Assembly (NCBI GenBank): GCA_965200215.1
Contig: OZ241369.1
Location: 1,387,071-1,451,070 of the forward strand
Source of the DNA: Alphaproteobacteria bacterium
GTDB lineage: Bacteria > Pseudomonadota > Alphaproteobacteria > SP197
Length of the DNA stretch: 64,000 nt
Direction: 5' to 3'
Part shown: one piece after another, positions 36,138 through 49,254 of the stretch
Position numbering within the stretch: position 1 is the first letter of the stretch
Layout of the letters: each line of letters opens with the position of its first letter
Made by a program: the position numbers and the translations under genes
The notes under the pieces: model-generated
What the model was told of the DNA's origin: nothing
What the model saw: the letters and a program-made list of their open reading frames with translations, nothing else
Databases searched by the model: none

Positions 36138-37760
36138 ATGACCACCGCCTCGCCGCTCGCCGGCCTCGTCATGGAGAGGCCGTTGCGCATCGTCGACATC
36201 CTGCGCCACGCGGCCGGCGCCTTTCCCGACGCGCAGGCGATTTCCCGACCCGAAGCGGACGAGGACGGCACCCTGCCCGCCGACGACGCCCCGCTGGTGC
36301 GGCGTTCCTGGGCCGGGCTGCTGGAGCGCGCCTCCCGCCTGGCCCATGCGCTGGCGGCGCTGGGCGTGCGCCCCGGCGACCGCGTCGCCACCCTGGCCTG
36401 GAACACGCTGCCCCATCTCGAGCTCTACTATGCGGTCACCGGCGCCGGCGCCGTGCTGCTCACCCTCAATCCCCGCCTGCCCGCCGCCCAGCTGGCCTAT
36501 ATTCTGGAAAAGGCGCGCCCCGTCGCCGTCTTCGCCTCGCCGGACCTGGCGCCCACCGTGGCGCCGCTGCTGCGGGGGAGCGAAGGCGCCCGCCTGGTGC
36601 GGCTGGCGGACGGCTACGAAGCGCTGCTGGCCGCGCAGGGCGGCGCGCCCGCCTATCCCTGGCCAGAGCTCGACGAGCGCAGCGCCGCCGCCCTGCTTTA
36701 CACCTCCGCCACCACCGGGCGGCCCAAGGGGGTGCTGGCCTCGCAGCGTTCGGTGGTGCTCCACGCCCTGGGGATGCTGGCTTGCCACCGCCTGCCCTAT
36801 GCGCCGGGCACGCGCGTGATGCCCATCGTGCCCATGTTCCACGTGCTGGCCTGGGGCCAGCCCTTCGTGGCGCCCATCGCCGGCTGTTCGCTGCTGCTCC
36901 CCGGCCCGGCGCCCCGGCCCGCCCATCTCCACCGCCTGATCGAGGAGGAAGGCGCCGACATCGCCATGGCCGTGCCCACCGTGTGGCTGGCGCTGGCCGA
37001 TTTCATGGACGAACGCGGCTGCGCCACGAGCGGCCTTTCCCACATGGTGACCGGCGGTGCCGCCATGCCCGCCGCCCTGGCGCGGCGCTGGCGGGACTTC
37101 GGCCCCAGGGTGCACCAGGGCTGGGGGATGACCGAGACCGGCCCGGTCTGCGCCTTTTCCGAGATGCCGGCGGCCAGCCTGGCCGGCGATGCGGCGCTCA
37201 TCCCGCAGCGGCGCCTCTTCGGCGTGGAGCTGCGCCTGGACGAAAGCCTGGGCGCCGAAGGCACCGGCGAGCTGCAATGCCGCGGCCCGTGGATCGCCTC
37301 GGCCTATTGGGGCGACGACGAGGCCAGCGACGAGGGCTTCACGGCCGATGGCTGGCTGCGCACCGGCGACATCGCGCGGCTGGACGGCGCCCTGATGACC
37401 GTGGTGGACCGCGCCAAGGACCTGATCAAATCCGGCGGCGAGTGGATCGGCTCGGCAGCCCTGGAGGATGCCGCCTCCTCCCACCCGCTGGTCGCCCAGG
37501 CCGCCGCCATCGCCGTGCCCCATCGGCAGTGGGGCGAGCGCCCGCTGCTGGCGGTGGTGCCGGCGCAGCCCCTGGCGGCGGCGGAAGAGGAGGAGGCGGC
37601 CGCATCGATCCGCGCCCTGATGGCCCAGACCCTGCCGCGCTGGTGGCTGCCGGAGGCGATCCGTTTTCTGGATGCCATGCCGCTGGCGCCCACCGGCAAG
37701 ATCTCCAAGCTGGCGCTGCGCCGGCGTTTCGTCGCCCCGGCGCAGGAGGAGGCCCCGTGA
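36138..37760 (+). CDS. acyl-CoA ligase (AlkK/DmdB/LvaE-like AMP-binding enzyme)
   Basis: RVATLAWN...HLE.YY, YTSATTG.PKG, VPMFHV.AWG, WGMTE, TGD, DR.KD.IKSGGEWI, W.ERP, TGK. Confidence 0.9.
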   Translation: MTTASPLAGLVMERPLRIVDILRHAAGAFPDAQAISRPEADEDGTLPADDAPLVRRSWAGLLERASRLAHALAALGVRPGDRVATLAWNTLPHLELYYAVTGAGAVLLTLNPRLPAAQLAYILEKARPVAVFASPDLAPTVAPLLRGSEGARLVRLADGYEALLAAQGGAPAYPWPELDERSAAALLYTSATTGRPKGVLASQRSVVLHALGMLACHRLPYAPGTRVMPIVPMFHVLAWGQPFVAPIAGCSLLLPGPAPRPAHLHRLIEEEGADIAMAVPTVWLALADFMDERGCATSGLSHMVTGGAAMPAALARRWRDFGPRVHQGWGMTETGPVCAFSEMPAASLAGDAALIPQRRLFGVELRLDESLGAEGTGELQCRGPWIASAYWGDDEASDEGFTADGWLRTGDIARLDGALMTVVDRAKDLIKSGGEWIGSAALEDAASSHPLVAQAAAIAVPHRQWGERPLLAVVPAQPLAAAEEEEAAASIRALMAQTLPRWWLPEAIRFLDAMPLAPTGKISKLALRRRFVAPAQEEAP

Positions 37761-38959
37761 CCGCCGCCACCGCGCCCTTCGAGGCGGACGAGATCGCCGG
37801 CCTGGGGGAGCGGCTGCGTGCCTTCATGGCCGCGGAGGTGCTGCCCGCCGAGGCGGACTGCGAGCGGCAGGCGGCCGAGCTCGGCTTCGACGCGCCGCCG
37901 CCGGCGCTGGAGGCGCTGAAGGCCCGGGCGCGCGCGGCCGGGCTGTGGAACCTGTTCTGCCGCCTCTCCAACCGCGACTACACGCCGCTGTGCGAGGAGA
38001 TGGGCCGCAGCCTGATCGCGCCGGAGGTCTTCAATTGCTCGGCGCCGGACACCGGCAACATGGAGGTGTTGCAGCGCTTCGGCAGCGAGGAGCACCGGCG
38101 CCGCTGGCTGGCGCCGCTGCTGGCGGGCGAGATGCGCTCCGCCTTCGCCATGACGGAACCGGCGGTGGCTTCCTCGGACGCCACCAACATCGCCGCCCGC
38201 CTGGAGCCGGACGGCAATGGCTGGCGCCTGAACGGGCGCAAATGGTTCATCTCCGGGGCCGGCCATCCGCGCTGCGAGCTGCTGATCTGCATGGCGCGCT
38301 CCGGCGGCGACGACGCCCCGCGCCACAACCGCCATTCCATGGTGGTGGTTCCACGCCGCGCCCCCGGCGTCCGGGTGGTGCGGCCGATGACGGTGTTCGG
38401 CAACGACCACGCGCCCGGCGGCCATATGGAGGTGGCGTTCGAGGACGTGTTCGTCCCGGCCGACGACCTGCTGCTGGGCGAAGGCCGCGGCTTCGAGATC
38501 GCCCAGGCCCGCCTCGGCCCCGGCCGCATCCACCACTGCGCCCGCCTGATCGGCCTTTCCGAACGCTGCCTGGAGCTGATGTGCCGTCGCGTGCAGGAAC
38601 GGGTGGCCTTCGGGCGCCCGCTCGCCCGGCGCGACACCGTCCGCGCCGCCATCGCCGACAGCCGCATGGAGATCGACATGGCCCGCATGCTGGTGCGCAA
38701 GGCGGCCGACAGGATGGACAGGGCCGGCAACGAGGCGGCGCGCTTCGAGATCTCCGCCATCAAGGTGGTGGCGCCCAATCTCTGCCAGCGGGTCGCCGAC
38801 CGCGCCATGCAGGCCCATGGCGCCATGGGCATCAGCCAGGATACGACCCTGGCCCGGGCCTGGATCTATGCGCGCTCCGTGCGCTTCGCCGACGGCCCCG
38901 ACGAGGTTCACCGCGGCGTCATTGCCAGAATGGAACTGGCCAAACACCCGCCCGCCTGA
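37757..38959 (+). CDS. acyl-CoA dehydrogenase, ACAD10/11 (LvaC-like) type
   Basis: GLWNLF, APEVFNCSAPDTGNMEVL, MTEP.VASSDATN, AQ.RLGPGRIHHC, ADGPDEVH; GTGA overlap. Confidence 0.93.
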   Translation: MTAATAPFEADEIAGLGERLRAFMAAEVLPAEADCERQAAELGFDAPPPALEALKARARAAGLWNLFCRLSNRDYTPLCEEMGRSLIAPEVFNCSAPDTGNMEVLQRFGSEEHRRRWLAPLLAGEMRSAFAMTEPAVASSDATNIAARLEPDGNGWRLNGRKWFISGAGHPRCELLICMARSGGDDAPRHNRHSMVVVPRRAPGVRVVRPMTVFGNDHAPGGHMEVAFEDVFVPADDLLLGEGRGFEIAQARLGPGRIHHCARLIGLSERCLELMCRRVQERVAFGRPLARRDTVRAAIADSRMEIDMARMLVRKAADRMDRAGNEAARFEISAIKVVAPNLCQRVADRAMQAHGAMGISQDTTLARAWIYARSVRFADGPDEVHRGVIARMELAKHPPA

Positions 38960-39036
38960 CACCGGCAGGCGTTGCCCCCGCCGCCTTCCCGGTCTAGCGT
39001 GCCGCCCGGCGGCAGCAGCGCGGATGCGGGGGAAGC

Positions 39037-41154
<2,118 letters not shown>

Positions 41155-41164
41155 GGGGAAGACC

Positions 41165-42349
<1,185 letters not shown>

Positions 42350-42353
42350 CGCC

Positions 42354-43517
42354 ATGGCCGCCCACCCCGCGCCGCCAGCGGCAGAGGGCGATCCGCCGCC
42401 GGCGGAGGCCGGAGGCGGGGCCTGCGGCGAAGGGACGGCGGGCGAAGGGCGCGCCGCCGAGACCGACCCGGAGACCGTCGCCGCCCGGCCCGGGGAGGCG
42501 CTCGACCTCGCGCGGCTGGAACCCTGGCTGCGGCGCCGCCTCGACGGCGCCGAGGGGCCGCTGCGGGTGCGCCAGTTCGCCGGCGGCCATGCCAACCTCA
42601 CCTATCTGCTGAGTTTCGGCGAGAGGGAATTCGTGCTGCGCCGCCCGCCGCTGGGGCCGGTGGCGCCATCGGCCCACGACATGCGGCGCGAACACCGCAT
42701 CCTGGCGGCCCTGTGGCGCGTCTGGCCGCTGGCCCCGCGCAGCTATCTGCTGTGCACCGATCCCGGCGTGCTGGGAGCGGATTTCCACGTCCTGGAACGG
42801 CGCCACGGTTTCGTGCTGCGCGCCACCAACCCGGAGGCCGTCGCCGGCAGGCCGCAGCTCGGCCGGCGCATCGGCGCCGCCGTGGCCGGGGTGCTGGCGG
42901 GGCTTCACGGCGTCGATCCCGCCGCCGCCGGGCTGGGCGATCTGGGACGGGCGCAGGGCTTCGCCGCCCGCCAGGTCGCCGGCTGGGTGAAGCGCTGGCA
43001 GGCGGCGGCCGACGAGGCGGCCCCGGATGCCGGCGCCGTCGCCGCCTGGCTGGCGGCCGACATCCCGGCGCCCCAGGCCGCCCGCCTGGTCCATGGCGAC
43101 TACAAGCTCGACAATCTGCTGGTGGCCCGGGGCGATCCGGCGCGCCCGGTGGCGCTGCTGGATTGGGACATGGGCACGCTGGGCGACCCGCTGTTCGATC
43201 TCGCCAACCTTCTCGCCTACTGGCCGCAGGCCGACGACGGCGCCGAAGGGCGGCTGGCCGCCGGCGGCGGGCCGACCGCGCAGCCCGGCTTCCCATCCCG
43301 CGCCGCCCTGGCGCAGGCCTATGCCGCGAGCAGCGGCTTCGACCTCTCCCGCTTCGCCTGGTATGAGGCCTTCGCCAGCTTCCGCGTCGCCGTCATCCTG
43401 CAGCAGATCTACATCCGCTATCTGCGCGGCCAGACCGGCGACCGGCGCTTCGCCACCCTGGCACCGCGCATCGCCGCCCTGATCCGCAGGAGCGAGGCCC
43501 TGGCCGGCGGCGGCTGA
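42354..43517 (+). CDS. APH-family phosphotransferase (ACAD10/11 kinase domain / LvaA-like)
   Basis: QF.GG..NLTY, VLRRPP.G...PSAHDM.RE, HGDYKLDN, LDW.M.TLGDPL.DL. Confidence 0.9.
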   Translation: MAAHPAPPAAEGDPPPAEAGGGACGEGTAGEGRAAETDPETVAARPGEALDLARLEPWLRRRLDGAEGPLRVRQFAGGHANLTYLLSFGEREFVLRRPPLGPVAPSAHDMRREHRILAALWRVWPLAPRSYLLCTDPGVLGADFHVLERRHGFVLRATNPEAVAGRPQLGRRIGAAVAGVLAGLHGVDPAAAGLGDLGRAQGFAARQVAGWVKRWQAAADEAAPDAGAVAAWLAADIPAPQAARLVHGDYKLDNLLVARGDPARPVALLDWDMGTLGDPLFDLANLLAYWPQADDGAEGRLAAGGGPTAQPGFPSRAALAQAYAASSGFDLSRFAWYEAFASFRVAVILQQIYIRYLRGQTGDRRFATLAPRIAALIRRSEALAGGG

Positions 43518-43525
43518 GCGCGCGT

Positions 43526-44065
43526 TCAGCCCGCCCGGCGGAACCAGCCGGCCAGGCGGCGCTTTTCCAGGAAGCGCTGGTGGTAGTCCTCCGCCGGCCA
43601 GAAGCGACCGGCGGCGACGATCTCGGTGACGATCACCCGCCCACCACCGCCATCCGCAGGAAGCGCGGCCTCGGGCGCCCCCTGTCCGCGAGAAGCGCCC
43701 GCCCCCAGAAGGCGCTGCTGGGCGGCCCGGCGCGAGGCCTCGGCGGCGGTGCGCTGGGCGTCGTCGTGGACGAAGATCGCCGAACGATACTGGCTGCCGA
43801 TGTCGGGGCCCTGGCGGTTCAGGCTGGTGGGATCGTGGATGCGCCAGAAGACGGCCAGCAGCTCCTCATAGGCGATGCGCGCCGGGTCGAAGTCCACCTC
43901 CACCGCCTCGGCGTGGCCGCTGTCGCCCCTGCACACCTGCTCGTAACGGGGGTGGGGGAGATGGCCGCCGGTATAGCCGACGCGGGTGGCCTCCACGCCA
44001 TCGAGGGCGGCGAAGGCCTCTTCCGGCCCCCAGAAACAGCCGGCTGCGAAGGTAGCCTTGGGCAT
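43526..44065 (-). CDS. msrA: peptide methionine sulfoxide reductase A
   Basis: AGCFWG, GYTGG, HDPT..NRQGPD.G.QYRS, AEDYHQ. Confidence 0.95.
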   Translation of the reverse strand: MPKATFAAGCFWGPEEAFAALDGVEATRVGYTGGHLPHPRYEQVCRGDSGHAEAVEVDFDPARIAYEELLAVFWRIHDPTSLNRQGPDIGSQYRSAIFVHDDAQRTAAEASRRAAQQRLLGAGASRGQGAPEAALPADGGGGRVIVTEIVAAGRFWPAEDYHQRFLEKRRLAGWFRRAG

Positions 44066-44107
44066 GGCCCCAGACTAGCATAGCCGCCACCGGTATGGGA
44101 GGGGGCG

Positions 44108-45310
44108 ATGAAGATCACGCTGGCACCCGAAGACGAGGCGTTCCGCGCCGAACTCGCCGCTTACATCGAGGCCGAATGCGACGGCACCGCCCGCGAGCGG
44201 GTGCGCCGCGGCCAGCCCCTGGAGAAGGCGGACCAGGTGAACTGGCACCGCAAACTGGCGCGCAAGGGCTGGTCCTGCCCCCACTGGCCCGTGGAGGTGG
44301 GCGGCTGCGACTGGACGCCGGTGCGGCACTGGCTGTTCGAGACCGAATGCGGCGAGGCCTGCTGCCCGCCGCCCATCCCCTTCGGCCCCGAGATGGTGGC
44401 CCCGGTGCTGTGGACCTTCGGCACGAACGAGCAGAAGGCGCGCCACCTGCCCGGTATCCTGGCCGGCGACGTGTGGTGGGCACAGGGCTACTCGGAACCC
44501 GGTGCCGGCTCCGACCTGGCGAGCCTTTCCACCCGCGCCCGGCGCGAGGGCGACCGCTACATCGTCAACGGCACCAAGACCTGGACCACGCTCGCCCACT
44601 GGGCCGACTGGATCTTCGTCCTGGTGCGGACCTCCAGCGAAGGCCGCAAGCAGCAGGGCATCACCTTTCTGCTGGTGGACATGAAGACGCCCGGCATCTC
44701 GCTTACCCCCATCATCACCATGGAGGGCGGCCACGAGGTGAACCAGGTGGTGTTCGACGACGTGGCCGTGCCCGTCGCCAACCGCATCGACGAGGAAAAC
44801 CGGGGCTGGACCGTCGCCAAATTCCTGCTGAGCTACGAGCGCTTCAACATGGCCGGCATCCCGGAGGCCCGGCGCCAGCTGCGGCGGCTGAAGGCCATCG
44901 CCCATGACCAGGGGTTGATGGACGACATCCGCTTCCGCGCCCGCCTGGCGGACGCGGCGATCCAGGTGCAGACGCTGGAAGCGACCATGCTGCGCCTGCT
45001 GGGCAAGGCGTCCGCCGGGACCGATCCGGGCGACGAGGCCTCCTACATCAAGATCCGCGGCACCGAGATCGACCAGCTGCTGACCGAACTGGCCATGGAG
45101 GCGGTGGGGCCCTATGTGCTGCCCTTCGTCCCGCAGGCCGGCGAGGCGGGGCGCAACGAGGAGGCGCCGGGCCCCGACTATGCCGCCCCGGTGGCGCCCG
45201 CCTATTTCAACACCCGCAAGGTCACCATCTATGGTGGTTCCAACGAGATCCAGAGAAACATCATCGCCAAGCAGGTGCTGGGCCTGACCGGCGGGCGGGC
45301 CCATGTTTGA
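44108..45310 (+). CDS. acyl-CoA dehydrogenase, PimC-like large subunit
   Basis: WP...GG, QGYSEPGAGSDLA, NG.KTWT, HEVN.V.F, IYGGSNEIQRNII. Confidence 0.92.
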   Translation: MKITLAPEDEAFRAELAAYIEAECDGTARERVRRGQPLEKADQVNWHRKLARKGWSCPHWPVEVGGCDWTPVRHWLFETECGEACCPPPIPFGPEMVAPVLWTFGTNEQKARHLPGILAGDVWWAQGYSEPGAGSDLASLSTRARREGDRYIVNGTKTWTTLAHWADWIFVLVRTSSEGRKQQGITFLLVDMKTPGISLTPIITMEGGHEVNQVVFDDVAVPVANRIDEENRGWTVAKFLLSYERFNMAGIPEARRQLRRLKAIAHDQGLMDDIRFRARLADAAIQVQTLEATMLRLLGKASAGTDPGDEASYIKIRGTEIDQLLTELAMEAVGPYVLPFVPQAGEAGRNEEAPGPDYAAPVAPAYFNTRKVTIYGGSNEIQRNIIAKQVLGLTGGRAHV

Positions 45311-46439
45311 CTTCGAGGCCGACGAGGGGCAGCGGCTGCTGGGCGAGAGCGTCCAGCGCTTCGTGGAGCGCGAATACGGCTTCGCGGCCCGCCGGGAGGC
45401 GGTGGCAAGCGAAGAGGGATGGAGGCGCGAGGTCTGGCGCCGCTTCGCCGAGCTGGGCTGGCTGGCCGTCGGCCTGCCGCAGGAGCTGGGGGGCTTCGGC
45501 GGCGCCCGCGAGACGGCGGTGCTGATGGAGAGCTTCGGGCGCGCCCTGGTGGTCGAACCCTGGCTGGCCAGCGTCGCCATGGCCTCGCGGGCGGTGGCGC
45601 TGGCCGGCGACGCGGCCTGGAAGGAGGCGCTGCTGGCGCCGGCCATGAGGGGCGAGACGCTGCTGGCGCTGGCCTGGGCCGAACCCGCCTCGCGCTACGA
45701 CCTCGCCCATGTCGCCACCCGCGCCGAGCGGCTGGCGGGCGGCGGCTGGCGGCTGCGGGGCCGCAAGGGGCTGGTGCTGAACGGCGCCGCCGCCGACCGC
45801 CTGGTGGTGACGGCGCGCATCGCCGGCGGCACGGCGGAGAAGGAGGGCATCGCGCTGTTCGTCGTCGATCCGGCGGCCGAAGGCGTGGCCGTGCAGGGCT
45901 ATGCCACCAACGACGGCGGGCGGGCGGCGGAGGCGGTGTTCGACGGCGTGGCGCTGGACGAAGGCGCCATGTTGGGGGAGGCCGACGGCTTCGCCGCCAT
46001 CGAGGAGGTGATGGACCGGGCGGCGGCGGCCGTCTGCGCCGAATCGCTGGGGCTGATGGCGGCGCTGAACGAGATGACCTTCGACTACGCCCGCACCCGC
46101 CGCCAGTTCGACCAGGCCATCGCCGGCTTCCAGGCGTTGCAGCACCGCATGGTGGACATGTTCGTGGCGCTGGAGGAATCGCGCTCGCTGGTCGCCGTCG
46201 CCACCGGCGACGTCGATTCGCCCGACGGCGACGAGCGCCGCCGGGCGGTCTCGGCGATGAAGGTCCAGTGCGACAAGGCCGGGCGCAAGGTGGGCCAGGA
46301 GGCCATCCAGCTCCATGGCGGCATCGCCATGACCGACGACTACGCGGCCAGCCATTATTTCAAGCGGCTTTCGGTGATCGCCCGCCTGTTCGGCGATCTC
46401 GACTGGCACCTGGAGCGCTACGCCGCCCTGGCGCTGTGA
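45303..46439 (+). CDS. acyl-CoA dehydrogenase, PimD-like small subunit
   Basis: E..GR.LV.EP, R.QF...I..FQALQHR..DM, IQLHGGI.MT; overlaps the PimC-like gene. Confidence 0.9.
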   Translation: MFDFEADEGQRLLGESVQRFVEREYGFAARREAVASEEGWRREVWRRFAELGWLAVGLPQELGGFGGARETAVLMESFGRALVVEPWLASVAMASRAVALAGDAAWKEALLAPAMRGETLLALAWAEPASRYDLAHVATRAERLAGGGWRLRGRKGLVLNGAAADRLVVTARIAGGTAEKEGIALFVVDPAAEGVAVQGYATNDGGRAAEAVFDGVALDEGAMLGEADGFAAIEEVMDRAAAAVCAESLGLMAALNEMTFDYARTRRQFDQAIAGFQALQHRMVDMFVALEESRSLVAVATGDVDSPDGDERRRAVSAMKVQCDKAGRKVGQEAIQLHGGIAMTDDYAASHYFKRLSVIARLFGDLDWHLERYAALAL

Positions 46440-46586
46440 AACCCCGCCCGCGGGAGGGTATCCGCCTCCGCGACGAGGCCGCCGATATGCCCCATTCTGT
46501 GGCCGTTTGCGCGGACAGAAGCCGTGACATATTGTTAGCCAGCAATCCTATGATATCCAGGAAAACGCCTTGAAACCAAGGTGTTG

Positions 46587-46622
46587 GCGTGACAAAAGGC
46601 ATGACAGAAAGCGTGACGACAG
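46587..46622 (+). repeat. three tandem 12-bp repeats spanning the fic start
   Basis: GCGTGACAAAAG GCATGACAGAAA GCGTGACGACAG; a fourth core, CCGTGACA, at 46522. Confidence 0.6.
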
Positions 46623-47791
46623 GGCGGCCGTTCGAGCACGCGCATCCCTGGCTCACCTTTTCCTTCGATCTGCGGCGCCTGGGGCATGGCGACTGGCTGG
46701 CGCTGGGCGAGGCGGCGGCCATGGCGCGCCAGATCGCCGGCACCGTCCTCGCCCCGGAGGTCGCCCGCGAGCTCCACGACCTCTATCTCGCCAAAGGCGC
46801 CCTGGCCACCACCGCCATCGAAGGCAACACGCTTTCCGAGGACGAAGCCCGCGCCGTCGTCGATGGCCGCTCGCGGCTGCCGCCGTCCCGGCAATATCTC
46901 GAACGGGAGATCGGGAACGTCGTCGCGGCCTGCAAGGCGCTGGTCGAGGAGCTGAAAGAAGGGGGGCGGATTCCCCTCACCGCCAGGCGCATCGCGGAGA
47001 TGAACGCAGCGGTGCTGGAAGGGCTGGAGGTCGAGGAGCATGTGGTGCCGGGGCGCATCCGGACGGCGAACGTCACGGTCGGCAGCTATCGCTGCCCGGA
47101 CTGGCAGGACGCCGGCTATCTGCTGGCGCGGCTGTGCGAGGTGCTGGACGGTTTCGACCCGCCGCCCGGCGACGAGTATGCCTTCTCGATCCTCAAGGCG
47201 GTCTTCGCCCATCTCCATCTGGCCTGGATCCACCCCTTCGGCGACGGCAACGGGCGGACGGCGCGCCTGATGGAGTTCGCCATTCTGGCACAGGCGGGTC
47301 TGCCGCTGCCCGCCTGCCACCTGTTGAGCAACCATTACAACCGGACGCGAAGCCGATACTACCGGCAGCTGGCCCGCGCCAGCCGCGAAGAGGGCGGCCG
47401 CTACGGTTTCGCGGCCTATGCCATCGCCGGGCTTCTGGAAGGGCTGCGCGAGCAGGTCGAACGCATCCGCGGGCATCAATGGGACGTGGCCTGGACGAAT
47501 TTCGTCCATGAGCGGTTTCGCGATGCCGGTGGACGAGTCGCAAGGCGGCGGCGCTCCCTGGCGCTAGCCCTGGCACGGGCCGGCGGTGCCTTCGGGCCGA
47601 ACGAGCTGGCGAATCTGGACGCCGAGACCGCGCGGCACTACGCCCGGCTCGGGCGCCGGACGCTGGCGCGCGACGTCGAGGCGCTGCGCGGCATGGGCCT
47701 GCTGGCGACCGAAGCGGCGGGCGTGAGAGCCGACCGGGAACGCCTGCTGGCCTTCACGCCCTGGCAGAACGCACCTGGCGATGGCGGCTAG
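46601..47791 (+). CDS. Fic family protein (class II, N-terminal autoinhibitory helix, probable C-terminal HTH)
   Basis: HPFGDGNGRTAR catalytic motif; TTAIEGN inhibitory motif; RTLARDV..L HTH-like tail. Confidence 0.93.
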   Translation: MTESVTTGRPFEHAHPWLTFSFDLRRLGHGDWLALGEAAAMARQIAGTVLAPEVARELHDLYLAKGALATTAIEGNTLSEDEARAVVDGRSRLPPSRQYLEREIGNVVAACKALVEELKEGGRIPLTARRIAEMNAAVLEGLEVEEHVVPGRIRTANVTVGSYRCPDWQDAGYLLARLCEVLDGFDPPPGDEYAFSILKAVFAHLHLAWIHPFGDGNGRTARLMEFAILAQAGLPLPACHLLSNHYNRTRSRYYRQLARASREEGGRYGFAAYAIAGLLEGLREQVERIRGHQWDVAWTNFVHERFRDAGGRVARRRRSLALALARAGGAFGPNELANLDAETARHYARLGRRTLARDVEALRGMGLLATEAAGVRADRERLLAFTPWQNAPGDGG

Positions 47792-47814
47792 GCGGCGCCG
47801 TCCCGCGAGAGGCG

Positions 47815-48723
47815 TCAGGGTGCGAACACCCGGTGGCCGGCGACGGCGGTGCGAAGGTGCAGGAAGGTGGCCCCGGCCGCGATGAAGAGGCTTCGCATAT
47901 CCTCGCCGCCAAAGCAGAAATTGGCCGGAAAGGAGGGCGTGCGCACCACCCCCAGCGCCTTTCCGGTGCCATCGAAGACGTGGATGCCGCCAGGCCCCGC
48001 GCACCAGACATTGCCTTCGGCATCCACCTTCATGCCGTCGGGCGTGCCTTCCCCCAGGGTGCCGTCGGCATCCAGCGTGCGGGCGAAGACGCTGCCGCCC
48101 CTGGCCCGCCCGTCCGGGGCGACGTCGTAGGCGCGGATGTGGCCGCGCTCGCTGTCGTTGACGTAGAGCCTGGCGCCGTCGGGCGAGAAGCACAGGCCGT
48201 TGGGCGCGGCGTAGTCGTCGGCCACCAGGTCCAACCGCCCGCCGGCATCGAGGCGAAAGACGCCGCAGAAGGGAAGGCCCGGCGGACGCGGGACGCCGGT
48301 CTCCTTCTGGCGGCCGTAAAGCGGATCCGTGAACCAGACGGCACCGGCAGCGTCCACCACGATGTCGTTGGGACTGTTGAGCGGGCTGCCCCGCCAGTTG
48401 TCGGCCAGCACCGTCACCCGTCCGTCCGCTTCCAGCCTGGTCACCCGGCTGCTTTCGTGCTCGCACATCAGCAGCCGCCCATTGCGGTCGTAACAGGTGC
48501 CGTTGGTCATGGCCGAGGGTTGCCGCAGCACGGTGACGGCGCCGTCGGCCTGGTGCCAGCGGTGGATGCGGCTCGCCGGGATGTCGCTGAAGGTGACGTG
48601 GCGCCGGAGCGGATGCCAGGCGACGCCTTCGGTGAAGCGAAAGCCCGAGGCCAGGGTTTCGAAACCGGCGGCCGGGCGGATCAGATTGCGGAAGCGCTCG
48701 TCCGCGATTCGGTAGATCGCCAT
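47815..48723 (-). CDS. SMP-30/gluconolactonase family protein
   Basis: FTEG, FSDIP, NG, LNSPND, WFTDP, PNGL.FSPD, PDGMKVD..GN; start MAIYRIAD. Confidence 0.93.
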   Translation of the reverse strand: MAIYRIADERFRNLIRPAAGFETLASGFRFTEGVAWHPLRRHVTFSDIPASRIHRWHQADGAVTVLRQPSAMTNGTCYDRNGRLLMCEHESSRVTRLEADGRVTVLADNWRGSPLNSPNDIVVDAAGAVWFTDPLYGRQKETGVPRPPGLPFCGVFRLDAGGRLDLVADDYAAPNGLCFSPDGARLYVNDSERGHIRAYDVAPDGRARGGSVFARTLDADGTLGEGTPDGMKVDAEGNVWCAGPGGIHVFDGTGKALGVVRTPSFPANFCFGGEDMRSLFIAAGATFLHLRTAVAGHRVFAP

Positions 48724-48795
48724 CGCCCCTTGCCCCGGCGCCGCCGTCGCCACAGGATAGCCGCTGGCAGGACGAGCGGCCATGGAGGCGACGGG

Positions 48796-49254
48796 ATGCC
48801 CGGAAAGGTGCTGGCGATGGCGCGGCGCAAGGCTTCGCGCACGCCGATGGAGACCGTGCAGGCGGCCCTGATCGACGAGGCGGGCGGCCTGGAAGGCGAT
48901 CTGCGCGGCGAGGACGACGAGCGCCAGGTGACCCTTCTCACCCGCGAGGGCTGGGAGGCGGCCTGCGCCGAGCTGGGCCGCGACCTGCCCTGGACGACGC
49001 GGCGCGCCAACATCCTGATCGAGGGCGTGGCCGTCGCCGGCGAACTCGACGGCGTGGTGCGGATCGGCGAGGCGGAACTGGTCATCACCGGCGAGACCGC
49101 TCCCTGCCAGCGCATGGACGAACTGGCGGCGGGCCTGCGCCGGGCGCTCACGCCCGACTGGCGCGGCGGCGTCACCTGCCGCGTGAGCAGGGGCGGCCGG
49201 GTCCAGGCGGGCGACGCCGTGGCACTGGCGGGAAAGGCGCCATGGCGCGGCTGA
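48796..49254 (+). CDS. MOSC domain protein
   Basis: GL.GD, RQVTL, RRAN..IEG, GET.PC..M, RGG..C.V..GG....GD; GGAGG RBS. Confidence 0.88.
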   Translation: MPGKVLAMARRKASRTPMETVQAALIDEAGGLEGDLRGEDDERQVTLLTREGWEAACAELGRDLPWTTRRANILIEGVAVAGELDGVVRIGEAELVITGETAPCQRMDELAAGLRRALTPDWRGGVTCRVSRGGRVQAGDAVALAGKAPWRG

